Source: Leptolyngbyaceae cyanobacterium
GTDB taxonomy: Bacteria; Cyanobacteriota; Cyanobacteriia; Phormidesmidales; Phormidesmidaceae
DNA length: 64,000 nucleotides
NCBI GenBank assembly: GCA_965263355.1
Contig: CBDHHL010000029.1
Location: 10,442 to 74,441 of the forward strand
Reading direction: 5' to 3'
A model generated the notes under the pieces. It was given only the letters and a program-made list of their open reading frames with translations. It had not been told where the DNA came from and did no database searches. The stretch's first letter is position 1. Each line of letters starts with the position of its first letter. The translations under genes were made by a program, and so were the position numbers. Shown here piece by piece: positions 30,223 to 40,339 of the stretch.

Positions 30223-30615
30223 GCAACTCGCCCGATTGATATGCAGTTTCAGGCTGCTCTACCACCCCATTGGTTGGGGGTGCAATTGGTTTGTTTTGCA
30301 TATTGTTCTCCGTTGTCAATTCTCCCTTTTCAGGGAATGCCCCATGTCCGCACTGCCCGGACGGCCACGCTGTCTGTGGTGGCTGCACTGTGCTGGGGTG
30401 GTCGTTAGATGTTGTCGTCTATCTCTATCTGGCTTTCAACCCGTGGCCAGAACACCACGTACAATGCCCCAATAATTAACGGTGTGGCGAGGACCACAGT
30501 CGCTACCAGGATTACTGCTTCAAACATTCGAGAACTCCTTCAAAATCACCCAACCGCTGAGGGCAACGGCGATCATTAACAACAGCTGGGCTATAGATAG
30601 TGCGGTGTGCATAAC

Positions 30616-31053
30616 CTAAGCCCCCCAGTTCAGCTCATCGCCAAAACGGTTGAATGGAATTTCATCGTAATCAACACCCCCAGCAGCAACAGGTTTAGCC
30701 GCAGGTGCAGGTGGGCGGGATTGCTGTTGGGGGCCGTCGTCTTTTTTGGAGCTTAGTAGCTCCACTTGGTTGAATGTGGGCACGTACTTAAACCGATCTT
30801 TGCCAGTCTCTTTGTCCTGCCAGGTTTCTTTTTTTAACTGACCTGTCAAAGCCACCTTAGAGCCCTTTCGGCAATAGTCGGCTATCACTTCAGCCGCCTT
30901 GCCCCATGCCTTGCAGTTGTACCAGTCCGTAATTTTCTCCCCACCTTTTCGACTATTAACTGCCAAAGAAAATTCAGCTAGAGTGTTGCCAGACTCGAAA
31001 TATCGAATCTCAGGATCTTGCCCAAAGTTGCCAGTAAGAATCAATACGTTCAC
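30616..31053 (-). CDS. ssb: Single-stranded DNA-binding protein
   Basis: MNVLILTGNFGQDPEIRYFESG...W..AE....KGSKV..G...W; acidic DEIPF tail. Confidence 0.95.
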   Translation of the reverse strand: MNVLILTGNFGQDPEIRYFESGNTLAEFSLAVNSRKGGEKITDWYNCKAWGKAAEVIADYCRKGSKVALTGQLKKETWQDKETGKDRFKYVPTFNQVELLSSKKDDGPQQQSRPPAPAAKPVAAGGVDYDEIPFNRFGDELNWGA

Positions 31054-31622
31054 GCCGCTTTACCTCCCTGTACGCCTTTCTCAAATGCCTTAATCACTTC
31101 GTCGTACTTAGCCTTTGTCACATCATCACTGGATTCAAACCCAAACGACTTGAGCAAACCCTTAGAAGAGTCCTTGTCAAACCCATTCTGATTAGCGATC
31201 GCATACAGTCGTTTGCGCTGGCCCTCACTAATTAAGTTGGGGTTTCTTTTTGGGGGTTGAGCCGCGTTACCATCGTCGTCCTCGTCTGCGCTAATCCCAA
31301 GGATCGCCGATAGAGAATAACGACGGGCGTAGGTGATTGCTGCGCCCAGCTTCTGCATATCCTGAATGTTGGGCAGCATTAGGAAACTTTCCAGCTTTTC
31401 CCCTGATGAATGCCAGAGCGTAGTTTTAACCCCCTGACCAGAGTCCATAGGCTCAGTAACCTGGGTTACAACCAAATCGTTCTCACACAGAGCATCCAGC
31501 ACCGCAGTATTGACGCTATCCAAGCTTGCGTAACGGTTCTTGAAATGCGGATTTACCTTATCCTTTTTTATTGGCTTAAAGCCTTTCCTGGCCTTAATCA
31601 AAGCCTTAATCAGATTTTCCAT
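31050..31622 (-). CDS. erf: ERF-family single-strand annealing protein
   Basis: NPHFKNRYASLD...HSSGE...QKLGAAITYARRYSLSAILGI..DEDDDG. Confidence 0.92.
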   Translation of the reverse strand: MENLIKALIKARKGFKPIKKDKVNPHFKNRYASLDSVNTAVLDALCENDLVVTQVTEPMDSGQGVKTTLWHSSGEKLESFLMLPNIQDMQKLGAAITYARRYSLSAILGISADEDDDGNAAQPPKRNPNLISEGQRKRLYAIANQNGFDKDSSKGLLKSFGFESSDDVTKAKYDEVIKAFEKGVQGGKAA

Positions 31623-31843
31623 AGCTCATTGTTCATTCGCAAACAACTCTGGCCACTGCAGCCACCCAACCACTAAGGCAGGTTGCGCCATGGGGTTAAC
31701 TAACTAACTCTCCTGCTTCATAAACTGCAGCCCAGTTCTGATAATCCTCCCTAGCTTCCTCTTTGCTGGCAAACAACACATCCGACTGCACTAACGCAGT
31801 CTTCCAACACCAAAGCCCGAGGGAGTTTCGCTGGAATACTGGA

Positions 31844-32878
31844 TTATTCATTGGCTAGCTCCGTTAACAGAGCATCGGCAAACTTGACCGCCTCTTGGGC
31901 TAAGTACTGATGCAAATCATTGTGGGCAGCGCTAAACCCAGCCTTGGACAGTATCCCCTGCATTGCTAGGCCAGCAAAATGCTCACGCTTGGTTAGACCC
32001 TCGTGAGCATTACCACCGAATGAGTCCCCGAACTGAAAAGGGAAAGCTAACTCATTCTCATTTCCATTACTCACAATCTTTCTCCAAAAAACAACAACAG
32101 AAAAGCCCTGGCCGCATAGGCAAGTCAACGATGGCCAGGGCAAAGCGTCACGCTACTCCTACATAACTAAATTCCGGTAAATCGCTCCCATGCCGAATCG
32201 CATCAGGGAACCTCACCCACACCCCTTTGATACCAACCACATACCACTCAGACGGATACGCTCTTAGCAGTGATTTGACCGTCGTCCCCGCAGCCTTGGC
32301 GTTGATGTGAGTGAGCTTAACCCTGCCGCCCTTCCCCTCACAGTGGGACCAGCACAGAAACTTCTCTCCTGGCCTCCCAGCATTGCGGCCTGGTAAATAG
32401 CTGTAACGATGCTGCCTATACTCAGGGACTTCCCACAGCGCAGAGGCAGCCTGCCTGTAGGTGTGGATGCGGTACCTCATGACTAAAATGGCTCGTCTTC
32501 AATCTGCCAATCCGAGAGATAACTCTCCCAGTCGACATAGTTGACCAGGGTTGCATCAGGGATGTACTGAGACAGCCAGTATTGGATCATATTGGCCGCT
32601 AGTCCAAAACCAGCACCGATAGTGAGCTTCATCGAGAAGTCCTCGGAAAAGCCCTCGCTATCCTCGAGGATTGCGGTAACCCAATAATCCACGACAGTAT
32701 CGGCATCCAGTACTGAAGCATGAATGCCATAGGACAATTCTCTCCAGCTGCCATTAACATCGCAGCATGGGCCGCATGGGGTGAGCTGGGATACTGGCAA
32801 TCCACATCGAGGGATAACTTTAACTCGGTCGCCCAGGGGGGCTATATATTCCGCTTCGTGGGGTGCGGCGGTGGTCAT
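31844..32878 (-). other. Three small hypothetical ORFs (31844-32143, 32148-32480, 32483-32878)
   Basis: Packed ORFs; the first carries the common phage motif GLTKREHFAGLAMQG...ADALL. Confidence 0.55.
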
Positions 32879-32920
32879 ATTGCTTGCGATTCCTGCGAAC
32901 TGAGTTCAGTTTAGCAACTA

Positions 32921-32951
32921 CTTTGCAAAAATGCAATAGCTTTGCAAAAAT
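32921..32951. promoter_or_regulatory. Operator-like direct repeat
   Basis: CTTTGCAAAAAT at 32921 and 32940, upstream of the leftward early operon. Confidence 0.5.
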
Positions 32952-33274
32952 AACAATCGCCTGAATTCAATGCCTGCTAGCAGTACCCTATTAATAAAGT
33001 GTTAAGACCGACAAGTTTCTTAACTAATTCGCATCACTTTTTTTTATAGCCTGGATCACAATGCGCTCTAATTGAACATGCGATTTTTATATGTGTACCC
33101 TGAGAATCAAGGTTTATATGCAATATCTGGTTATAAACACTGAGTTAAAAAATGCAGCTAGGTCACTAAACGAGGCGCTGTCAGAATGCCAAAAAATATG
33201 CGGAGAACCAGGCGCTCATCTGGTTCTCCGCAGTAACACAGGGCTAAATGTGCAGTGGACTAAAGAGGCATTGG

Positions 33275-33703
33275 TTACCCTTTTGTGTAAGGAGGATTGC
33301 CCCTTATTAAGCGGACTAGCTGGAGCGGATCAGTGATCGGGCGACCATTTTTATCTTTGATTATTCTGCAATGAGCAATTGCCGTGATCAGCAAAATGTC
33401 TTCGCCTGCGCTTTTTTCAGGGGATTTCGCCCATTGAGAGTAGCGACCTATCCGGGTTACGTATTCGCTATGGTCTCGGGAGCTATCAGCCATCTCTGGG
33501 ATGCCAGCTTCCTGGGCCATCCAATCTACGAGCATTGAATAAGTGGGCTGCTGGTAATTGCCCCTGAAAGGCTCGAAGTACGCGCTAAAGCTTTCTGGCC
33601 AGAGTGAACGGTCGCCCAGAAAATCCTTAATGCACCTAGCAAACGTGCGTCTCCCTCTATAGATCTTTTCATATTTTTGTGAATTCACGGTACAGCAAAT
33701 CAT
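33275..33703 (-). CDS. Hypothetical protein in repressor position
   Basis: Lies between divergent early operons; no CI motif recognised. Confidence 0.4.
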   Translation of the reverse strand: MICCTVNSQKYEKIYRGRRTFARCIKDFLGDRSLWPESFSAYFEPFRGNYQQPTYSMLVDWMAQEAGIPEMADSSRDHSEYVTRIGRYSQWAKSPEKSAGEDILLITAIAHCRIIKDKNGRPITDPLQLVRLIRGNPPYTKG

Positions 33704-33860
33704 CTATCTTGCTCCCTGATTGTATAAATGCGGGCTTGATATAGAAAGGCTTTGACGATTTTGGCAGGAAGCCCCAATAAAGGCGGGTGGCAGTATTTTT
33801 GAAAAGTAATTGCAAATTTGCAAAGCTGCCGATATACTGAACTCAGTGATTGGCAAAATA

Positions 33861-34022
33861 ATGGCTAGACAGTCAACAACAAAACAGATCTGGGTCGAAC
33901 CAGAAGCTATAGAGGCGATCAAGTCGTATAAAAAGCGGCGCAAAAGTTCGCTGACAATTGGCCAAATTGCTGCGGCTATCATCCTTCAGTTCTTTGACGA
34001 ATATAACAGCGACGCAGCATAG
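33861..34022 (+). CDS. Small Cro/RHH-like regulator
   Basis: 53 aa basic protein, first rightward gene, followed by a hairpin. Confidence 0.45.
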   Translation: MARQSTTKQIWVEPEAIEAIKSYKKRRKSSLTIGQIAAAIILQFFDEYNSDAA

Positions 34023-34024
34023 GA

Positions 34025-34053
34025 AAAGGCCACAGGATAGCCCTGTGGCCTTT
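34025..34053 (+). terminator. Hairpin/terminator
   Basis: AAAGGCCACAGG/CCTGTGGCCTTT 12-bp stem. Confidence 0.65.
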
Positions 34054-34081
34054 GTTCGCAAGTAAATAATTTACTAGGCCC

Positions 34082-34402
34082 ATGATACCTATCTCCATAG
34101 AATCTTTGTCAGCAGTTTATCGCAATTTCATCAAAACTACGTGTGGGGTACGTGCCCTACGCGACATCTACTACGGATACATCGACTGCTTCGAAGCCGC
34201 CGAAGAGTGGCGGGACACCCTGGCCGTTCATCTGGACGAGCCTGGGGATTTTGAGTTTTTCAAGGTTCTCCGACTGGATACTTTCTGGCAGTGCTTAGGC
34301 GTGCCTGGAGAGCTGCCAGACTATCCAACGCCCTGGGATGCCTATCTAGAGCGGCTGGAGTGTGGGGAAAGGTATAAGTCGTTGTTTGTAGGTTCAGAAT
34401 GA
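34082..34402 (+). CDS. Hypothetical protein
   Basis: Coupled to rusA. Confidence 0.5.
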   Translation: MIPISIESLSAVYRNFIKTTCGVRALRDIYYGYIDCFEAAEEWRDTLAVHLDEPGDFEFFKVLRLDTFWQCLGVPGELPDYPTPWDAYLERLECGERYKSLFVGSE

Positions 34403-34767
34403 GCGTTTACACCTTTGAACTACTTGGCCCAATCGTCCCCAAGGCCAGGGCAAGAACAACTGCCAACGGCACCTACCACCCCCATCGGTATAACGAGTGG
34501 AAGCGTGGGGCGATAGCGGATATCTCCAGCCAGTATCGGGGGACTCCGCTAGAGCGGGCCGAAGTCACCATCAGCTTGACAGGCAAGCACAACCGCCAAG
34601 GCGATGCTGACAACGTAGCTGGTTCGATTCTGGACGCGTTGGTTCAGGCAAAAGTGCTAGTGGACGACAACATGAAACGGGTGCCCAGCCTGACGATTGC
34701 GTTGGACTGGAAAAAGAAAGCTGCCCCTAGGGCTGTAGTTGTTTTAAGTACGTCAGAGGAGTCATGA
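34399..34767 (+). CDS. rusA: RusA-family Holliday junction resolvase
   Basis: PKARAR...GDADNVAGSILDAL....DD motif. Confidence 0.85.
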   Translation: MSVYTFELLGPIVPKARARTTANGTYHPHRYNEWKRGAIADISSQYRGTPLERAEVTISLTGKHNRQGDADNVAGSILDALVQAKVLVDDNMKRVPSLTIALDWKKKAAPRAVVVLSTSEES

Positions 34768-35323
34768 AAATAATCCATGATCTGCAGCCAATCGAGCTGG
34801 AATACTATTCGCTCGACGAGCGACTGAATGAGGCGAATAAAAGAATTATGAGGCTGCCCGAGCTTGGCATATTGCGCCGAGAGTTTGCGGGCAGTGCGCA
34901 CAGCGTACCTGTATGTTTCGGGCTGAACAGGATGATTGGCAGTAACAACGTCGAGCGCTACCGAAAGGCTGTATTCCGGGTGTACAAAGAGTTTGGGCTT
35001 GAGCTGTTGGAGGGTTTCTGATGAATCACCCACCGACACAATGCAGTAAATTCCTGGACGAGAAAGGCAACCCCTTGGTTGTCACGTCCGACGATATCGA
35101 CAAGGCGGTTAGTTGGTATGAGGCCAACTGGATGACCGTTTCTATGGCCCTGCCAGTGACTGTGTGGGGCACTGTCTACTCGGTGCGCTGGCGAGAAAGA
35201 TTTGACAGCCAAACGCTGCCACTGTGGCGAGATGGGAAGCTGCGGCTAAACCTGGCTGTGGCGTATGTCTATGCCGCATTGAGAAGGCTGTGCACTGCGC
35301 TAAAAAGCAAAGCCAAGCCCTAG
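34764..35323 (+). other. Two hypothetical ORFs (34764-35021, 35021-35323)
   Basis: Translationally coupled. Confidence 0.5.
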
Positions 35324-35550
35324 CCCGATTCCATCTACCGTTCACTTCAAGCACCTGTTAATCATCACTGAAAAATGAGCAAGTACGAGCAGGCCATAAA
35401 AGCAGGTCACAAGATTTTACGCTCTTTTGTGGGCGATGACCCTATAAATCAAGCGATTCGAGCTGATGCAGAGCGCTTATACGAAAACCTAATAATTCTG
35501 CCTTGTGAGTTGATGACGCTGGTCACTCGCAAGATTGAGAGGGGGGATCT

Positions 35551-36561
35551 GTGAGTATCACATGGTTTCGTCTGTATCACGACATGCCCAATGACAGGAA
35601 ACTTAGAAAATTCAGTCCACAGCAAAAATGGGCGTGGGTAGTGCTTTTGTGTTTAGCCAGCGACTCCAAAGAAAGGGGGTTTGTGGATACGGGGGATGAA
35701 GAAGACCTAGCGGATTATTGCGGATTCGAAAGTACGCAAGACTTTCAATTTTTTTTGGACAAACTTCGCCAAAAAGGAATGATCGAACCGTTCCCAGGAA
35801 GGCTAAAGATCACCCACTGGGAAGACAGGCAGTATGAAAAACCTAGCGACAAACCAGAGGCGATAAAAGCCCGTGTAGCAAAGCATAGGGCTAAGAAAAA
35901 GGCTCAAAAAGAGGGTGTAACGGTAACGCCTTGTAACGCGTTACAAACGCTAAGTAACGCGGATGAAACGCCAAAGAAACACCCTGTAACGGACAGAACA
36001 GATACAGATACAGATACAAAGAAGAAAGAAGAAATAATGTCACCTGAAGGTGACTTGTCACGCGTGGCATCGGATAAGTCTAAAAAGCGGAAGGATGCAA
36101 GCTACTACCTGAAAAAGTGCTCTGAAGCCTACAGGAGTAAGTTTGAGGATTGGTGGACTTGGTACAAGTCCAGGTGCGAGGATCTTGGCTCTCACTACGG
36201 CTCAAAGGCCAGCGCAGCTCAAGTGTGGGCTCAGATGGAAAAGGATTTTGACATCGAGCAATTCAGGCTAGGGTGCTCGACTTGGTTCAAGGAAGCTAAA
36301 GCCAAAGGCAGCAAAGCGCCTCATGGATGCATTTTTCTTAAGGGCAAGGATACGCACAAAGACCCGTACTGGGTAGCAGCGCTGGAGTCGCTGAAGCCGC
36401 AGCAAAAGTCAGACTTTCTTGCCACATCGCCAGTGCAAACACTCACGATTACTCCAGAGCAAGAGGCTGAGTTGAGGGCTAAAGACCCAATGGAATTAAC
36501 CGACGAAGAGTTCGCCTTGCTCAATCCAGGATTCAAGATTTACGGCAAGGGGGCAGCATGA
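35551..36561 (+). CDS. Phage replication initiator/replisome organiser
   Basis: WFRLYHDM..D.K...LLCLA...ITHWEDRQ...RVAKHR, repeat linker, TDTDTD; directly upstream of DnaB. Confidence 0.8.
   Translation: MSITWFRLYHDMPNDRKLRKFSPQQKWAWVVLLCLASDSKERGFVDTGDEEDLADYCGFESTQDFQFFLDKLRQKGMIEPFPGRLKITHWEDRQYEKPSDKPEAIKARVAKHRAKKKAQKEGVTVTPCNALQTLSNADETPKKHPVTDRTDTDTDTKKKEEIMSPEGDLSRVASDKSKKRKDASYYLKKCSEAYRSKFEDWWTWYKSRCEDLGSHYGSKASAAQVWAQMEKDFDIEQFRLGCSTWFKEAKAKGSKAPHGCIFLKGKDTHKDPYWVAALESLKPQQKSDFLATSPVQTLTITPEQEAELRAKDPMELTDEEFALLNPGFKIYGKGAA
35917..36018. repeat. Iteron-like GTAACG cluster plus ACAGAT x3 (candidate origin)
   Basis: GTAACG at 35917, 35923, 35933, 35954, 35986 and inverted at 35939. 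Confidence 0.65.
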
Positions 36562-38057
36562 CAATTGCGTTCAACATACTGGACCACGTTGGCCAGCTCA
36601 CCCCAGTGGAAGAACGGGGCAAAAATGGGTACTACCATTGCCCGGTGTGTGGCGACGATAATTTCACGGTCTCCAAAACAGGCGCTTATCAGTGCTGGGG
36701 CAATCAGTGCAAGCCTGAGGATATCCGCAACGCAGTTAGCCCACTGAAAAAGGCAGACAGGCTAACCTCAGTTCAGCGAGAAAAGATAAAGCTCAGCAAG
36801 CAATCCAAAGAAGCCGAACTTGGCACTGCTGAGGTAAAGGCTCAGGCTGAACATTACATGCTCATGGTGGCAGAAAAAGTCATCTCAGAAGCTGAGGCCT
36901 ATCTGAGGCTTTCTGAGTGGTGTAAAAGCACCCGTCATGATGAGTTCAACGCTAAGCGTATTCTAAAGGGCTTCCTGGAGCTGCTAGGGCCATCTGATGG
37001 AACGTTAGACCCGACAGAGGATGCTAAAGTTTTGAAGTCGCTAGTCAAGGCTTATGCTGAAGAGCGTGATTTGACTTGCAAGTATGTTTTGAAGGGTCGC
37101 ATTACGACTCGCTTTAAGCTCAATGACTCTCAAATCGAAGCGCTTCTTGAGCAGGTTGCCCCATCAGCGAACTTAGATTTTCGGCACTGTTCAGAAGACT
37201 TTGAGGATCGTGATTACTTAGCCCAGTTAGAGGCGCTTTCTAGGAATGAGATCCCTGCTGGCTTAAGTACTGGTCTGCTAGGGCTTGATCGAGTGCTGGG
37301 AGGGCTTGAAGAGAAATCTCTTTACATCATTGGAGGTAAGCCGTCTCAAGGAAAATCCGCCCTTGCCCAGACTGTTACTCGTGAAATATTAAAAAAATAT
37401 CGCATCCCTACGGCTGTGTTCACTCTTGAGATGCCTGCGCGGCAATGGAAGGGGAGATGGCTGTCAGCGGAGAGAAGCATTGATTACACAAAGATTCGGC
37501 TGGGCACTTTTTCAGAGTACGAGTGGGGGCAAGTGCTTGATTGCATGGCTTATTTCTATGAACTCCCGTTGTTCCTTTCAGAAATTAGCGGGATCACCCC
37601 TAGCTACTTGCGTAGGAGTTGTCTAGCTATTTCTGAGAAATGCAAAGAGCAGTACGGTCAGGGGCTTGGCTTAGTTGTCGTCGATTACTTGAATTTAATG
37701 CGCTGCCCTGGCCATGCAAATCGGACTCAAGAGGTGTCGCAGATCGCTAGAGAACTGCAATCTTTAGCGAAAGAGATTGGGTGCCGAGTAATTGCCCTAA
37801 GCCAACTTCGGAAAGGTGATGGCGTTGCGTCATCGAAAGAGCCTGGACTTGATGATTTGCGTGAGTCTGGAGAGATTGCCCAGGTTGCTGATGGGGTTGT
37901 TTTAGTGCATCGGCCAGGCCGCTATGACGAGACTGTTCCAGATAGCGTCAGTAAGTTGATTGTGGCAAAAAATCGCCATGGGAAGGTTGGTGAGTGTGAG
38001 GCAGTGTTTGAAGGAAAATACATGAGGTTTTTGGACGCAAGCGGGAGGATGGGTTAA
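36558..38057 (+). CDS. dnaB: DnaB-family replicative helicase with N-terminal primase-type Zn finger
   Basis: CPVC...CWGNQC; GGKPSQGKS, TLEM, VVDYLNLM, LSQL, LRESGEIAQVAD, KNRHG. Confidence 0.9.
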   Translation: MTIAFNILDHVGQLTPVEERGKNGYYHCPVCGDDNFTVSKTGAYQCWGNQCKPEDIRNAVSPLKKADRLTSVQREKIKLSKQSKEAELGTAEVKAQAEHYMLMVAEKVISEAEAYLRLSEWCKSTRHDEFNAKRILKGFLELLGPSDGTLDPTEDAKVLKSLVKAYAEERDLTCKYVLKGRITTRFKLNDSQIEALLEQVAPSANLDFRHCSEDFEDRDYLAQLEALSRNEIPAGLSTGLLGLDRVLGGLEEKSLYIIGGKPSQGKSALAQTVTREILKKYRIPTAVFTLEMPARQWKGRWLSAERSIDYTKIRLGTFSEYEWGQVLDCMAYFYELPLFLSEISGITPSYLRRSCLAISEKCKEQYGQGLGLVVVDYLNLMRCPGHANRTQEVSQIARELQSLAKEIGCRVIALSQLRKGDGVASSKEPGLDDLRESGEIAQVADGVVLVHRPGRYDETVPDSVSKLIVAKNRHGKVGECEAVFEGKYMRFLDASGRMG

Positions 38058-39737
38058 TGCAAAAGAAATTTACTTATTGGTATGTCGATGGTGACTACGT
38101 AGTCACCGATATTTCAGGGGTTGAGTACGACCTGCATCTGCCAACGATGCGGGCAAATCGAACGACATTCGAGGGTGTCCTGCTTTGCTTAGAAGACAAG
38201 TGCTGGACTAATGATTTTTTGATTCAGGAGTTCAAGCAAATTGTTCAGGGCAACAAAGATTGTTCAAATGCAGCGTGAGGATATAGAGGGGAAGACGTTT
38301 TTTAAAGAAGTTAGTGAAATGGCGAGGAGAAAGACATGAGTGCAAGGTTCGAGGTTAGAGATAGCGAGGTAAATTTTGAAATTGAGAACATTTCAGCTGA
38401 GTATATCCAGTGCCAAGACTGCAGCTGGATCGGCAAAACGGAGCACGCACTAATGCCGCCGGGTTATGGTGGTCTGCTGTCATGCCCTGCCTGTAGCTGT
38501 ATGTCGGTTGAGGAGTATACAGGGCCGAGAACGGTTGGGATTCCCGTTGAGCTGCTAAGTGCAGTCAACTCAAAGCTTATCAACGCCTTCATTTACCTGA
38601 AGGGTGACTGGGATGAGGAAATGAAAGAAATTCAGCGCGATTGCACCATCGAGGTGTGGAAGCAGCTTCGCGAATTCATGAAAGGGCAGGGACTGTTGAT
38701 TGAAAGGGAGGAAGATCAATCATGAAACGAGAAACATTTGACGAAAATTGGATTACGGGCACTCGCTACCAGTTCTTTGAGCCCAAATTGTGGCGATGGC
38801 ATTGGCCGAAGCTGTCGAAGACTGAGAACGAGATCTTATGGGTTCTGCCGACTATGAGCGTGAGGTGGTTTAGATGACTTGGGATAGGACAGTTAAATTT
38901 ATGGAGTTAATAGCATGACGATAACATTGACCACCGAGCCCGGCACCGTGCCAGGGCAACTGACTCATGAAGATCTCAGTGAAGTTGAACCGAAATACAG
39001 CCGAGCACCGATCAAAGTGAGCCAAAAAGACTTAATCCGCTGGTGGGATCAGGGGGTGATTAACACCGCTCACTTTATCCGCTTTGCCCTTATGGTTGAG
39101 CGGGTGGGAGAGGATGGGCTAGAGAATTTTGATATTGAGAAATTCTGTGGCGATTGGGTGGGGACCAAGAAAAGCGGAGACGAGCGCTTTGTTACGCCTA
39201 AGCAAGTGATGGCTGAAATTCAAGCGCTGCAGCAGTGTGGGGCTGCTCACGTCGAGACAACTGTACAAATGAGCTTGGATTTACGATGAAGCAAATAACT
39301 TGGCAAAAAAGCACGGCAGACAGGGCATATCCAGTCTTTCGTGATACCCCAACCGAGCCATGGCAGCCGCTAAATAAGCACGCGTGGGCGGTTGGGTTAA
39401 CTGACTTTCAGAGGTTCCAGGCTTTGCTGAAGCAAGGCTATGTGGCGGTTGTGGAGGAGGGTGAGGGATGAAGTTTACTGTATGGCAGGAAGTAGAGGTA
39501 GAAGTAGATTTAGGCTCTCAGGAGCTGCAAAGCTTTATTGCGGAACATTGGAGCGCAATTGATGAAGACGGCTTCCCCGTTCGAGACAAAGTTATTAGCG
39601 TTGTGACACTCTTCAGTGATTTATCTGATGAGCAGCTCAAATCTTTTTCAAGTAAATCATTGTCCACAATTGCGGCGGAGTTGGACAAGCAGGCTGGAAG
39701 GTTAAGACGCTTAATCCAGGAGGTTGAGGGGAAATGA
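38057..39737 (+). other. Run of small hypothetical ORFs (38057-38278, 38336-38725 with two CxxC, 38915-39289, ~39286-39471, 39468-39737)
   Basis: Co-oriented, mostly coupled ORFs downstream of the helicase. Confidence 0.55.
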
Positions 39738-40028
39738 ATGACAGAGAGATACGAGAAAACTGGAGGCAGCATGAATCCACTTGAACTAACGCCAAGACAG
39801 CACAGCATTGTTTCAATGCTGGCTCAGGGCATGCATAACAAAAAAATTGCGAGCCAACTGGGAATAACCACTATTGTTATTCGCTCTCACATCAAGCTAG
39901 CTGTTGATAAAGTAGGGGCTCAATCGACAGCCCAGCTCATGTTTTGGTACGGGCAACGGGGGGCAATCACTAAAGATTCGCGAGGCCGAAATAATCAATT
40001 TGTCCAGCGACGACGGGAGGCAGCATGA
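39738..40028 (+). CDS. LuxR/GerE-type HTH regulator
   Basis: LTPRQHSIVSMLAQGMHNKKIASQLGIT...HI....KVG..STAQL. Confidence 0.8.
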   Translation: MTERYEKTGGSMNPLELTPRQHSIVSMLAQGMHNKKIASQLGITTIVIRSHIKLAVDKVGAQSTAQLMFWYGQRGAITKDSRGRNNQFVQRRREAA

Positions 40029-40282
40029 CAGTCTGGAATCAAAATGAAATGAATTTACAATATCCTCGCACTGAGCCTGAGCCTGATGGTGCGTCATGGC
40101 CGGAAATAATATTCGGGATAATTATCTTGCCATTCGCTCTGTTGACTGTTGGGATAACGACGATGATCGTCTATTGGATATCCCTGCAAGATCAGCGACG
40201 CACGGAGCAGTGGCGGGCAGCTGCAAAGATGGGGCCTGAGGAGCATTTAGAACGCTGTTTTAAGCTGGGAGGAAAACGGTGA
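40025..40282 (+). CDS. Small membrane protein
   Basis: Long hydrophobic central segment. Confidence 0.5.
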   Translation: MTVWNQNEMNLQYPRTEPEPDGASWPEIIFGIIILPFALLTVGITTMIVYWISLQDQRRTEQWRAAAKMGPEEHLERCFKLGGKR

Positions 40283-40339
40283 CGAGTGCTAAAGAGATCT
40301 TCACGCAAAGAGCCAAACAGTATTACGAGAAAAAATACC

